A stretch of DNA of 63,040 bases, the filler included, from Anaerolineae bacterium (GTDB lineage Bacteria; Chloroflexota; Anaerolineae; B4-G1; DUEL01), in assembly GCA_041082215.1 (NCBI GenBank). It is 5 parts of 5 records of this genome, joined end to end, with 100 filler letters (N's around TTAATTAATTAA, not from the genome) between each part and the next. Parts side by side here need not be neighbours in the genome. Positions count along the whole stretch, not along the records: positions 1 to 29,697 come from JBDOIF010000011.1; positions 29,798 to 54,326 come from JBDOIF010000071.1; 3 more parts are not named here. One strand, 5' to 3'. Below are positions 21,904-30,349 of the stretch, in pieces (the first letter of the stretch is position 1; every line of letters starts with the position of its first letter). The translations under genes were made by a program, and so were the position numbers. Below the pieces are notes generated by a model, which saw only the letters and a list, made by a program, of their open reading frames with translations, ran no database searches and was not told the DNA's origin.

Positions 21904-23868
21904 ATGACGTTTGCCAAGGCTGGCATCCTGGCTGGCGACGGTCCGGTCCGACCTGAGGACCTGGAGGCAGTGCGCCAGGCGGGGATCGAAGCGGTCAAAC
22001 TACGGGCCTGGGTCAACCCGCTGGCCGATCTGAACGCGTATCGGGATGTGGGCATTCACACCTTTCTGGTTCAGATCCTCAGCCCTCGTCCGGGCATCGC
22101 GCCGGTGTCCCCTGAGGATTTCGTCGTCGAGTGCGCGCCTACGGTGGCCTCGTTTCTCAAGGCTGGCGCGGTGGACTTCGAGATTCACGGGGAGCCGAAC
22201 GTCCGCGAGCGGGGGTTCGGCATTTCCTGGGACAGCCCGGCCGCTTTCTCCGACTGGTTTCTGGCGGTGGCCCACGGCCTGCGGGAGGAGTTCGGTCCTT
22301 CGATACGGGTGGGTTTCCCCGGACTGGCCCCATCGGGGCCGCTGCCGCCGGGGGTTACCCCTGCCGTCTCCGACGACGTTTTCCTGGAAGGGTGCAAAAG
22401 TGCGCTGGCCGCTGCCGACTTCATCTGTTGCCACGTCTACTGGACCAGCCGGAGCGAGATGGAGGACTACGATGTTGGCCTCCGCTTCCTGCGCGTCTAT
22501 CTGGAAAGGCCGGAGACCCGCCAGAAGCGGGCGGTTATCTCCGAGTACGCCAACGTCAACCCGGGGGAGCCGCCCGAAGAGAAGGGGGGGCAGTATGCGG
22601 ACTTCCTCTTCCTTTGCTCCCAGTATGACCGGCTGGCAGCGGCCTATGCTTTCCTGCTCCGCTCGCCGGACCCCGCCTATGCCAGTCTGCGGTGGGTCCG
22701 TGTTGACGGCACGCCAACTCCCATTCCGGAGCGGGTCGGTCGGCGCAGGCGTATGCCCCACCCGACTCGCCTCCGTTTGGGCTGGCCCACGGTGACCCGT
22801 TCCTATACGCAGGCGTTCGGGGACCGCCAGCAGGTTTACTATGACGCCTCTTTTGACCAGACCCATCAGGTCCACTGGCTTCACGGCGGACACGAGGGGG
22901 TGGATATGGAGGCAGCCGAGGGCTCGCCGATCCTCGCCTGTCTGGGAGGGCGGGTCTCCCACGGCCCGCCGGGCACAGCCTATGGGAACTATGTCCGCGT
23001 GACCAGCCAGGTGTCGGGTGTGGGGGAGGTGACGCTGCTCTACGCCCATCTGCGGGAGATCAGCGCGCCCGACGGGGCTGAGGTGAGCAAGGGAACGGTG
23101 CTGGGCTTCGCCGGACGGACAGGCCAGGCCACCGGGCCGCACCTCCACCTGGGGATGAAGATCACGGGGCTGAGGCTGAGGCCCACCAGCCATTACCTGA
23201 ACGCCCGCCCCTATCTGGAGCCGGTGAGAGGGACCCCCCGCGAGCCGTATACCCGCACTTACGTCTTGCTGCCGCCCGGGGCGGACCGGAGGTGGGCGCA
23301 GGCTGTGGTGGAAGCGACGTGGGACGCCCGGCGCTTTACGGTGGGGGGAAGCGCCGACGACGCCGGGATCGGCGACCTCCCGGTCCGCCGGGTGATCGCC
23401 GTCAACCCCACCGCGTGGGGGGACGACCTGAGGGCTTTTTACGAGGCCCACTACCCTGGCCTGCTCCTCTTCCCCCTGGAGGCCCCCACGCCGGAGGCGC
23501 TTTCTCAGACGCTGACCAGCCTGCCTCCCACTCCTCCGCTCCCCTCTCAGCCCTTTCCCCGCCCCGGGCTGCCCCGGGTCCAGTATGCCCGCACCTACGT
23601 GCTGCTGCCGCCCGGGGCGGACCGGAGGTGGGCGCGGGCTGTGGTAGAGGCGACGTGGGACGCCCGGCGCTTCACGGTGGGGGGGAGCGCCGACGACGCC
23701 GGGATCGGCGACCTGGATTTCCGCCGGGTGATCGCTGTCAATCCTACCGCGTGGGGGGATGACCTGCGGGCTTTCTTCGAGCGATTCTATCCGGGCGTGG
23801 TCTACGTGCCCGTGGACGCGGAGTCGCCGGAGGAGCTGGTCGAGCGGCTGACCAGTTTCGTCGCCTGA
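21904..23868 (+). CDS. Glycoside-hydrolase-like domain + M23 peptidase + two C-terminal repeat domains
   Basis: HEGVD, YAHL and GPHLH M23 motifs; N-terminal GEPN...SE TIM-barrel-like motifs; duplicated ~75-aa unit. Confidence 0.8.
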   Translation: MTFAKAGILAGDGPVRPEDLEAVRQAGIEAVKLRAWVNPLADLNAYRDVGIHTFLVQILSPRPGIAPVSPEDFVVECAPTVASFLKAGAVDFEIHGEPNVRERGFGISWDSPAAFSDWFLAVAHGLREEFGPSIRVGFPGLAPSGPLPPGVTPAVSDDVFLEGCKSALAAADFICCHVYWTSRSEMEDYDVGLRFLRVYLERPETRQKRAVISEYANVNPGEPPEEKGGQYADFLFLCSQYDRLAAAYAFLLRSPDPAYASLRWVRVDGTPTPIPERVGRRRRMPHPTRLRLGWPTVTRSYTQAFGDRQQVYYDASFDQTHQVHWLHGGHEGVDMEAAEGSPILACLGGRVSHGPPGTAYGNYVRVTSQVSGVGEVTLLYAHLREISAPDGAEVSKGTVLGFAGRTGQATGPHLHLGMKITGLRLRPTSHYLNARPYLEPVRGTPREPYTRTYVLLPPGADRRWAQAVVEATWDARRFTVGGSADDAGIGDLPVRRVIAVNPTAWGDDLRAFYEAHYPGLLLFPLEAPTPEALSQTLTSLPPTPPLPSQPFPRPGLPRVQYARTYVLLPPGADRRWARAVVEATWDARRFTVGGSADDAGIGDLDFRRVIAVNPTAWGDDLRAFFERFYPGVVYVPVDAESPEELVERLTSFVA

Positions 23869-23896
23869 GGTGGGAAGCTTCGTTAACAGAGCTGTA

Positions 23897-23927
23897 ACCG
23901 GCCTGCTATCTCGGGCAGGCCGGTTTT
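23897..23927 (+). terminator. Intrinsic terminator
   Basis: AACCGGCCTGC-loop-GCAGGCCGGTTTT. Confidence 0.75.
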
Positions 23928-23992
23928 AAAGTATCATAGAAATTGACTGTCCTTTCAGCCTGGAGGAGATGATCTTGCCGGAGGATAAAGCG

Positions 23993-24613
23993 ATGAAGAA
24001 AGGGCGACTCGTTCTGTGGTTTATGGCGGGGATCTTGCTGGCTTCGTGCAGCACGAGCGTCACGCCGTCGGCGCCTTCAACGGCTGAACCAACCGCAGTG
24101 GTCACGGCTGCACCGCGGGAAATCGTGATGGCGAGGGCAAGGGAAGTGGTGGAAGCGCTCAGAGATCGGGATATGGAAAGGCTCTCCGCTATGGTTCATC
24201 CCGTGAAGGGCGTGCGTTTCTCTCCCTATGCATTTGTGCAGGATTCGGACCTGGTTTTCAAGCCTGATCAGTTGATCAGCCTGCTGTCGGACCCGACAAA
24301 GTATATGTGGGGGTATTATGATGGATCGGGGCTTCCGATAGAGATGACGTTTGAGGAGTATTACGGACGGTTTGTCTATGACCAGGACTATGCTAACGCG
24401 GAGCAGGTGAGTTACAATGAGAGGATAGGGCCTGGGAACACCATAGACAATAGTCTGGAATACTATCCTGGGGCCAGTGTGGTGGAGTATCATTTCTCCG
24501 GATTTGACCCGGCTTTGGGGGGTATGGACTGGAAAAGTCTGCGTCTGGTTTTCCAGCAAGAGGGGTCTGTGTGGTACCTGGTTGGTATCATCCATGATGA
24601 GTGGACGGTCTGA
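23993..24613 (+). CDS. Hypothetical lipoprotein with atypical (lower-GC) codon usage
   Basis: GGAGGA RBS; lipobox LLASC; GVRFSPY and WYLVGIIHDEWT motifs. Confidence 0.8.
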   Translation: MKKGRLVLWFMAGILLASCSTSVTPSAPSTAEPTAVVTAAPREIVMARAREVVEALRDRDMERLSAMVHPVKGVRFSPYAFVQDSDLVFKPDQLISLLSDPTKYMWGYYDGSGLPIEMTFEEYYGRFVYDQDYANAEQVSYNERIGPGNTIDNSLEYYPGASVVEYHFSGFDPALGGMDWKSLRLVFQQEGSVWYLVGIIHDEWTV

Positions 24614-24645
24614 GCCGGTAGATTCCTGACCGCAGGGGGTGAAGT

Positions 24646-25680
24646 GTGAGCGTCGCCAGGCTGCTGGAGGAAGGGATCGCGGCTGCCCGGGCAGGAAGAC
24701 GGGCGGAGGCCCGTGCCGCCTTCCGTTCCGTGCTGCGGGAGGATCCCTTGAACGAAACCGCACTCCTCTGGCTGGCCTTCCTGAGCGACAGGCCCCGGGC
24801 CAGCCTTTCCTACATTGCCCGGGCCCTGGAGGCCAATCCGGACAGCCCCCGGGCCCAGGCTGCCCTTCAGTGGGCCCGGCGGCAGGCGTCCAATCTCCCT
24901 GCCCCGGCCGGCCAGAAGGCCGTCTATCCGCCCCCACCGCCTGTACGGAGCTCAAGGCTTCACCGGACGGTGCTGGGAGGGGCTCTGGTACTGAGCGCGC
25001 TCCTCCTGATCGTTTGCGCTATTGGGTGGGTAGGGCAGATGCTTCCGTCCGCGCAGGCAGGGGAGGGGGGGATGGCCACGACCGCCTCCCCTGTGTCAGC
25101 GCTGGAGCTGTCCCCCACCCCGGATGCCCTGCCCTCTGCTGTTCCCACTGTTCCCCCCTCAGCTACCCCTACCCCCACCCCCACCACTGTCCCTACCGCC
25201 ACCTCCGTCCCCACGGCCACGCCGACCCCCTCACCGACCCCCTCGCCGACCCCCACTCCTATGCCCACCGTCCCGCCCACGGCCACGCCTATCCCGCCCA
25301 CGCCGCTTCCTCCCTCCACGGTATCCGAGAGCCGCTGGATTGATGTGGATCTGACCCACCAGATATTGACTGCCTATGAGGGGGATATTCCGGTGCGGAC
25401 CGTCGTGGTCTCTACCGGCCTGCCACGCACCCCCACCCCTGTGGGGCAGTTCCGCATCTGGGTCAAGCTCCTCTACGATGATATGGAAGGGCCCGGCTAC
25501 TATTTGCGCAACGTCCCCTTCGTGATGTATTTCTACGGCCCCTACGGCCTCCACGGCACCTACTGGCACAACAACTTCGGCCAGCCGATGAGCCACGGCT
25601 GCGTCAACCTGCCCACGCCGGAGGCGGAATGGCTGTTTAACTGGGCAGAGGTAGGGACGCTGGTCAACATCCATTACTGA
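24646..25680 (+). CDS. L,D-transpeptidase (YkuD) with N-terminal TPR, TM and PT linker
   Basis: IDVDL, VSTG and HGTYWHNNFGQPMSHGCVNL catalytic motif. Confidence 0.9.
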   Translation: MSVARLLEEGIAAARAGRRAEARAAFRSVLREDPLNETALLWLAFLSDRPRASLSYIARALEANPDSPRAQAALQWARRQASNLPAPAGQKAVYPPPPPVRSSRLHRTVLGGALVLSALLLIVCAIGWVGQMLPSAQAGEGGMATTASPVSALELSPTPDALPSAVPTVPPSATPTPTPTTVPTATSVPTATPTPSPTPSPTPTPMPTVPPTATPIPPTPLPPSTVSESRWIDVDLTHQILTAYEGDIPVRTVVVSTGLPRTPTPVGQFRIWVKLLYDDMEGPGYYLRNVPFVMYFYGPYGLHGTYWHNNFGQPMSHGCVNLPTPEAEWLFNWAEVGTLVNIHY

Positions 25681-25721
25681 TGGGGGGTAAAAGTGCGGGC
25701 AGGCCATCGGCCTGCCCGTGC

Positions 25722-25812
25722 TGGCGGAGGGGGTGGGATTCGAACCCACGGTGGCCACAAGGACCACAACGGTTTTCGAGACCGTCCCGTTCGGCCGCTC
25801 CGGCACCCCTCC
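25722..25812 (-). tRNA. tRNA-Ser(CGA)
   Basis: GGAGGGG acceptor, CT-CGA-AA loop, long variable arm, GCCA end. Confidence 0.96.
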
Positions 25813-25869
25813 AGGGGTGGTTTGATTATAACATGGAGGACCGGGGTCGGCAAGGGTCGAACCTGACGC

Positions 25870-26061
25870 AGGTATATTTCAGTTTGGGGGCGAGATGTCC
25901 CTGGCCCGGGCCGGACCTGGGGAAACTCGAATGGCGCGGATGGAAACGAATACCGCAGGTGGTGCAGGTATCCCTCCTGTTCGCTGTATTCGGGCCATTC
26001 GTGGGATTCGCGATCCACGGGCGAGCGAGAGGGCCACTCGCCCCGAAATTGAAATACGCCC
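25870..26061 (-). mobile_element. MITE family B copy 2 (inverted, 192 bp)
   Basis: Reverse complement of copy 1 with some substitutions; flanks CCTGACGC / CTTGACGC (8 bp, 1 mismatch). Confidence 0.9.
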
Positions 26062-26099
26062 CTTGACGCTTCTCCCCGTCTGGGTTATCATATCGGGCG

Positions 26100-27323
26100 A
26101 TGTATGAACAGCTCTCCCTTTTTACGGAGCCGGGGCCCGTACCCTATACCGTCAGCCAGTTGGTGGCCCGCATCCGGGAGACGCTGGAGGCGAACCCTGA
26201 GCTGGCGGATGTGTGGGTGGAGGGCGAGGTCTCCAACTTCCGCCAGGCCCCTTCCGGTCACTGCTACTTCACGCTGAAGGACGGGGGGGCAGAGCTCCAG
26301 TGTGTGATGTGGCGGAGCGTGGCCTCGATGCTCCGCGCCCTCCCCGCCGACGGCGACCAGGTGCTGGCCCACGGGAACGTGGGGGTCTACGAGCAGCGGG
26401 GGAGCCTTCAGCTCTATGTGGACCATCTGGAACCGGCCGGCGTGGGGCTTCTCTACCAGGAGTTCGAGCGGCTGAAGGCCCGGCTGGAGGCGGAGGGACT
26501 GTTTGCCCCGGAGCGAAAGCGGCCCCTTCCCCGTTTCCCGCAGCGGATCGGCGTCGTCACCTCTCCCTCCGCCGCTGCCCTGCGGGACATCCTCAACGTC
26601 CTGGCCCGGCGATACCCGCTGGCAGAGGTCCTCCTCTCCCCCACCCTGGTTCAGGGGGAGGAGGCCCCGCCGCAGATCGTCGCCGCGCTGGAGGCGTTGA
26701 ACGCGCGGGAGGATGTGGACGTGATCCTGGTGGTGCGGGGTGGGGGTTCGCTGGAGGAGTTGTGGGCCTTCAACGACGAGCGGGTGGCCCGTGCGGTGGC
26801 CCGCTCCCGTATCCCGGTGGTCTGTGGCGTGGGCCACGAGACCGATTTCAGCCTGGCCGATTTCGCCGCCGACCGTCGAGCACCCACCCCCTCAGCAGCG
26901 GCGGAGATCGCCACACCCGACCGGGCCGAGTTGCGCGCGCAGGTGCGGGCGCTGGGCGGCCGGCTGACCTATGTGCTGGGGGGAGAGCTGGCCCGGCGGA
27001 GAGGCGCTCTGGCGGAACAGCTACGGGCGCTCCGCCATCTCTCCCCCGCCGTCCGGCTGGCCCAGGCCCGTCAGCGGGTGGACGACCTGGCGACGCGGGC
27101 GACGGATCTGCTGGGGCGCTGGCTTTCCCTCCGACGGGAGCGGCTGGCGGGGCTGATGGGACGGCTGGAAGGGGTAAGCCCCCTGGCCACGCTGGAGCGG
27201 GGGTATGCCATCGTCCGCCGCCGGGCCGATGGAAAGGTGGTCTTCTCTGTGGCCCAGGTCGGGCCGGGCGACGGCCTGAACATCCGCGTCTACGACGGCG
27301 AGCTCGACGCCACTGTCAACTGA
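26100..27323 (+). CDS. xseA: Exodeoxyribonuclease VII large subunit
   Basis: VWVEGEVSN, SGHCYFTLKD, RGGGSLEEL, GVGHETD and APTPSAAAE. Confidence 0.97.
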   Translation: MYEQLSLFTEPGPVPYTVSQLVARIRETLEANPELADVWVEGEVSNFRQAPSGHCYFTLKDGGAELQCVMWRSVASMLRALPADGDQVLAHGNVGVYEQRGSLQLYVDHLEPAGVGLLYQEFERLKARLEAEGLFAPERKRPLPRFPQRIGVVTSPSAAALRDILNVLARRYPLAEVLLSPTLVQGEEAPPQIVAALEALNAREDVDVILVVRGGGSLEELWAFNDERVARAVARSRIPVVCGVGHETDFSLADFAADRRAPTPSAAAEIATPDRAELRAQVRALGGRLTYVLGGELARRRGALAEQLRALRHLSPAVRLAQARQRVDDLATRATDLLGRWLSLRRERLAGLMGRLEGVSPLATLERGYAIVRRRADGKVVFSVAQVGPGDGLNIRVYDGELDATVN

Positions 27324-27359
27324 ATTGCACAGTTGAACCTGCGACCCCAAGGATCGGCT

Positions 27360-28667
27360 ATGGACATCGGCATCATCGGCGCTGGCATCACCGGCCTCAC
27401 CGCCGCCTGCGACCTGACCCGGGCAGGCCACACGGTCACCGTTTATGAGGCCCGCCCCTATGCCGGAGGGTTGGCGGCAGGCTTCCGCGATCCCCGGTGG
27501 GAGTGGCCCCTGGAGCGGTTCTACCACCACTGGTTCGCCTCCGATCACGACGTCATCCGTCTCATTGGGGAACTGGGGGCGCGCGACCGCCTCTTTTTCC
27601 CTCGCCCCACCACCTCGATCTACCACCGGGGGCGCATCTACCCCTTCGACAGCCCGCTGCGCGTCCTCCGCTTCACCCCCATCCCGCTGACAGACCGGCT
27701 CCGGGTGGGACTGGTCACGCTTTACCTGCGGCTCCTGCGCGACTGGCGGCCTCTGGAGAAGGTGTCCGCCGAAGAGTGGACCCGCCGCGCTGTCGGGGCG
27801 CGCGCCTATGAGGTGCTCTGGAGGCCACTGCTGGTCAGCAAATTCGGGGAGGAGAACTACCGGGATGTCAATATGGCCTGGTTCTGGGCCCGCCTTCACA
27901 AGCGGACCCCCCGCCTGGGCTACTTCGTCGGCGGCTTTCAGGGGTTCGTTGACCTGCTGGTGGAGCGGGTGGAAGCCCAGGGCGGGCGGGTCCGGCTCGG
28001 CGTCCAGGTGCACGGGGTCTATCGGGCTGAGGGGCGCATCCGCCTGGAGACATCCGCTGGCCCTGTAGAGCACCAGCAGGTGATCGCCACCTGCTCCCCT
28101 CAGACGGTGCGGGCCTGCACGCCGGAGCTCCCCGCCGACTACGCTGCCCGTCTCGATGCGCTGAGGTCAATGGGGGCTGTGGTGCTCGTCCTGGCCCTCA
28201 GCCACCGGCTGACCAACGGCCATTACTGGATCAACATCCCGGCCGGCGAGGGCCTCCCCTTTATGGGGCTGGTCGAGCACACCAACTACATCGGGCCGGA
28301 GCACTATGGGGGAGATCACCTGGTCTATTGCGGCGATTACCTGCCGCCCGACCATCCCTACTTCGGCTACTCTAAGGAGCAGTTGCTGGAGGCTTATCTG
28401 CCGGGGCTGACGCGGATCAACCCCGACTTCCGCCCCGACTGGATCCGCGCCAGCTGGATGTTCGCCGAGCCCTACGCCCAGCCAGTGCCGACGCTGAACC
28501 ATTCCCAGAACATCCCCCCCCTCCAGACCCCTCTCCCGGGCCTGTGGATGGCGAGTATGAGCCAGGTGTACCCGTGGGATCGGGGGACCAACTATGCGGT
28601 GGAGCTGGGGCGGCGGGTGGCTCGACGGGTGATGGAGGAAGCCATCCACAGGGGGCATGGGGTTTGA
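27360..28667 (+). CDS. FAD-dependent oxidoreductase (amine oxidase / protoporphyrinogen oxidase-like)
   Basis: GIIGAGITGL Rossmann motif; LERFYHH; YPWDRG. Confidence 0.85.
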   Translation: MDIGIIGAGITGLTAACDLTRAGHTVTVYEARPYAGGLAAGFRDPRWEWPLERFYHHWFASDHDVIRLIGELGARDRLFFPRPTTSIYHRGRIYPFDSPLRVLRFTPIPLTDRLRVGLVTLYLRLLRDWRPLEKVSAEEWTRRAVGARAYEVLWRPLLVSKFGEENYRDVNMAWFWARLHKRTPRLGYFVGGFQGFVDLLVERVEAQGGRVRLGVQVHGVYRAEGRIRLETSAGPVEHQQVIATCSPQTVRACTPELPADYAARLDALRSMGAVVLVLALSHRLTNGHYWINIPAGEGLPFMGLVEHTNYIGPEHYGGDHLVYCGDYLPPDHPYFGYSKEQLLEAYLPGLTRINPDFRPDWIRASWMFAEPYAQPVPTLNHSQNIPPLQTPLPGLWMASMSQVYPWDRGTNYAVELGRRVARRVMEEAIHRGHGV

Positions 28668-28670
28668 CTT

Positions 28671-29363
28671 CTATACAATGGTCCTCGCCCGCCCGTCGAG
28701 CAGTTCGTCCAGGGTCTCCTGTACCGCTTTCAGGGATGGGAGGACCCGGCTGGCATGGGAGAAGTCTGCCGAGGCGGCCTCCGGGCTGGGCACGGCCACG
28801 CAGAACATCCCCGCTGCCCGGGCCGCGGCGACTCCCAGGGGGGCGTCCTCCAGGGCCAGGCAATGGGCCGGAGGAACGGCCAGCCGCTCCGCTGCCAGCA
28901 AGTAGACGTCGGGGGCCGGTTTGCCGTGCGCCACTTCATCCCCTGTGGCGATGGCCTGGAAGCGACCGTTCAGCCCCAGTGTGCTCAGGGCCAGCCCCAC
29001 ATACCGACGGTGGCCAGAGGTCGCCACCCCCAGCGGGAGCCCCCGCCGGGCCAGTTCGTCCAGCAGGGGATAGAGGCCCGGACGGGCGCGGAGCTTATCT
29101 GGCACCGCCGCCAGGAACAGGCGGTCTTTTTCGGCCATAGCCTCCTGGGGGGTAAGGGGAAGCTGAAACCGCCGACAGAGGAAGGCGGCAGAGTCAATCA
29201 CCCGCAGCCCGAGGATCCCCTGGGCGCTCTCCTCATCGAGGTGATGCCCGTACCGGGCGAGGACCTGGTTCCAGGCCCACTTTGCCAGCGGCTCGCTATC
29301 CACCATCAACCCGTCCAGGTCGAAAATGACGGCCCGTATTTCTCGTTGGGATGTCCCCTCCAC
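28671..29363 (-). CDS. HAD-family phosphatase
   Basis: IFDLDGLMVDS, ATS, GKPAPD and LEDA motifs. Confidence 0.9.
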   Translation of the reverse strand: MEGTSQREIRAVIFDLDGLMVDSEPLAKWAWNQVLARYGHHLDEESAQGILGLRVIDSAAFLCRRFQLPLTPQEAMAEKDRLFLAAVPDKLRARPGLYPLLDELARRGLPLGVATSGHRRYVGLALSTLGLNGRFQAIATGDEVAHGKPAPDVYLLAAERLAVPPAHCLALEDAPLGVAAARAAGMFCVAVPSPEAASADFSHASRVLPSLKAVQETLDELLDGRARTIV

Positions 29364-29520
29364 TTGGCCTCTACCCCTTTCACACTTTTTCTGTGCAGGA
29401 CAGGCTCAAGCTTGTCCTGCAAACAGCGGAGAAGTTTAGCACCTTTTATCTTGAAGTCAAATAGTTGACAGACCGCCCGCCTTCGCTTATAGTTATCTCA
29501 GATCAGTCAGGGGGGCCGGG

Positions 29521-29697
29521 ATGGAGGTTGGAACCGTCCGACAGGTAAATATCGAGCAGGAGATGCGCAGCGCCTATCTGGACTATGCGATGAGCGTCAT
29601 TGTGGCGCGGGCGCTGCCGGACGCGCGGGACGGGCTGAAGCCGGTTCAGCGGCGGATTCTGTATGCCATGCACGAGCTGGGGTTGCGGCCGGATGCT
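29521..29697 (+). CDS. gyrA: DNA gyrase subunit A, N-terminal fragment (truncated by contig end)
   Basis: [32 protein letters not shown]. Confidence 0.92.
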
Positions 29698-29797
29698 NNN
29701 NNNNNNNNNNNNNNNNNNNNNNNNNNNNNNNNNNNNNNNNNTTAATTAATTAANNNNNNNNNNNNNNNNNNNNNNNNNNNNNNNNNNNNNNNNNNNN
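29698..29797. other. Artificial contig linker
   Basis: N-run, TTAATTAATTAA (stops in all frames), N-run. Confidence 0.98.
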
Positions 29798-30078
29798 GAG
29801 ACGATGACCCCTTCGTCAATCAGCCTCTCATCCCGGAGAAGTCTGATGACCAGAGCAAATTCGTTGACGACATCAACGCCGACGGACGCGTCCCAATCCT
29901 TTACCTCGACCGCAAGGCGGAGCTGGTGAGGCCCCGGCGTCGGCAGTTCGACGTACACATCTATCTGGTTGCCGGCCAGCAAGATGTCGTGCTCGACCTT
30001 CTGCGCCCCCATCCGGCGGTACAGGTCCGCCACCCGCCGCTCCAGCTCCCGCCCGGTCCTGACCTCCCTCCTGGCCAT
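29798..30078 (-). CDS. PD-(D/E)xK restriction-endonuclease (Mrr-cat-like) domain protein, truncated by contig end
   Basis: GRELERRVA...QIDV...AVEVK...VGVDVV pattern. Confidence 0.75.
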
Positions 30079-30349
30079 TGTGCCCTCCTCTGCCGCGATG
30101 AACGGACAAGGCATGATGGCAGGGACCGCCACCCCTCCCTTGCAAATTGAAGTATAGTTTATTCCGGTTGGGTTGTCAACCCCGAATTCGCTAAAACCGC
30201 TTTTTGGTCAGGGTAAGTTGCATCTTGGTTTCTCCTGAATGTGCAATGTTTGGTGAGCCTGCTGGGGGATTGGACAATTCCGGCCGGTTGGGGTACAACT
30301 GAGATATGAAAATCCTGCGCTTTGTCTGGCTGCCGGAAGAGGTGGCAAG

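Noticed and set aside
25110..25320. C-rich low-complexity repeats (also ~6580-6690 and ~16080-16200)
   Set aside because: Ordinary Pro/Thr linker coding sequence.
29742..29753. TTAATTAATTAA palindrome occurring four times
   Set aside because: Always embedded in N-runs of the same total length; an assembly linker. Truncated gyrA and der are therefore not pseudogenes.
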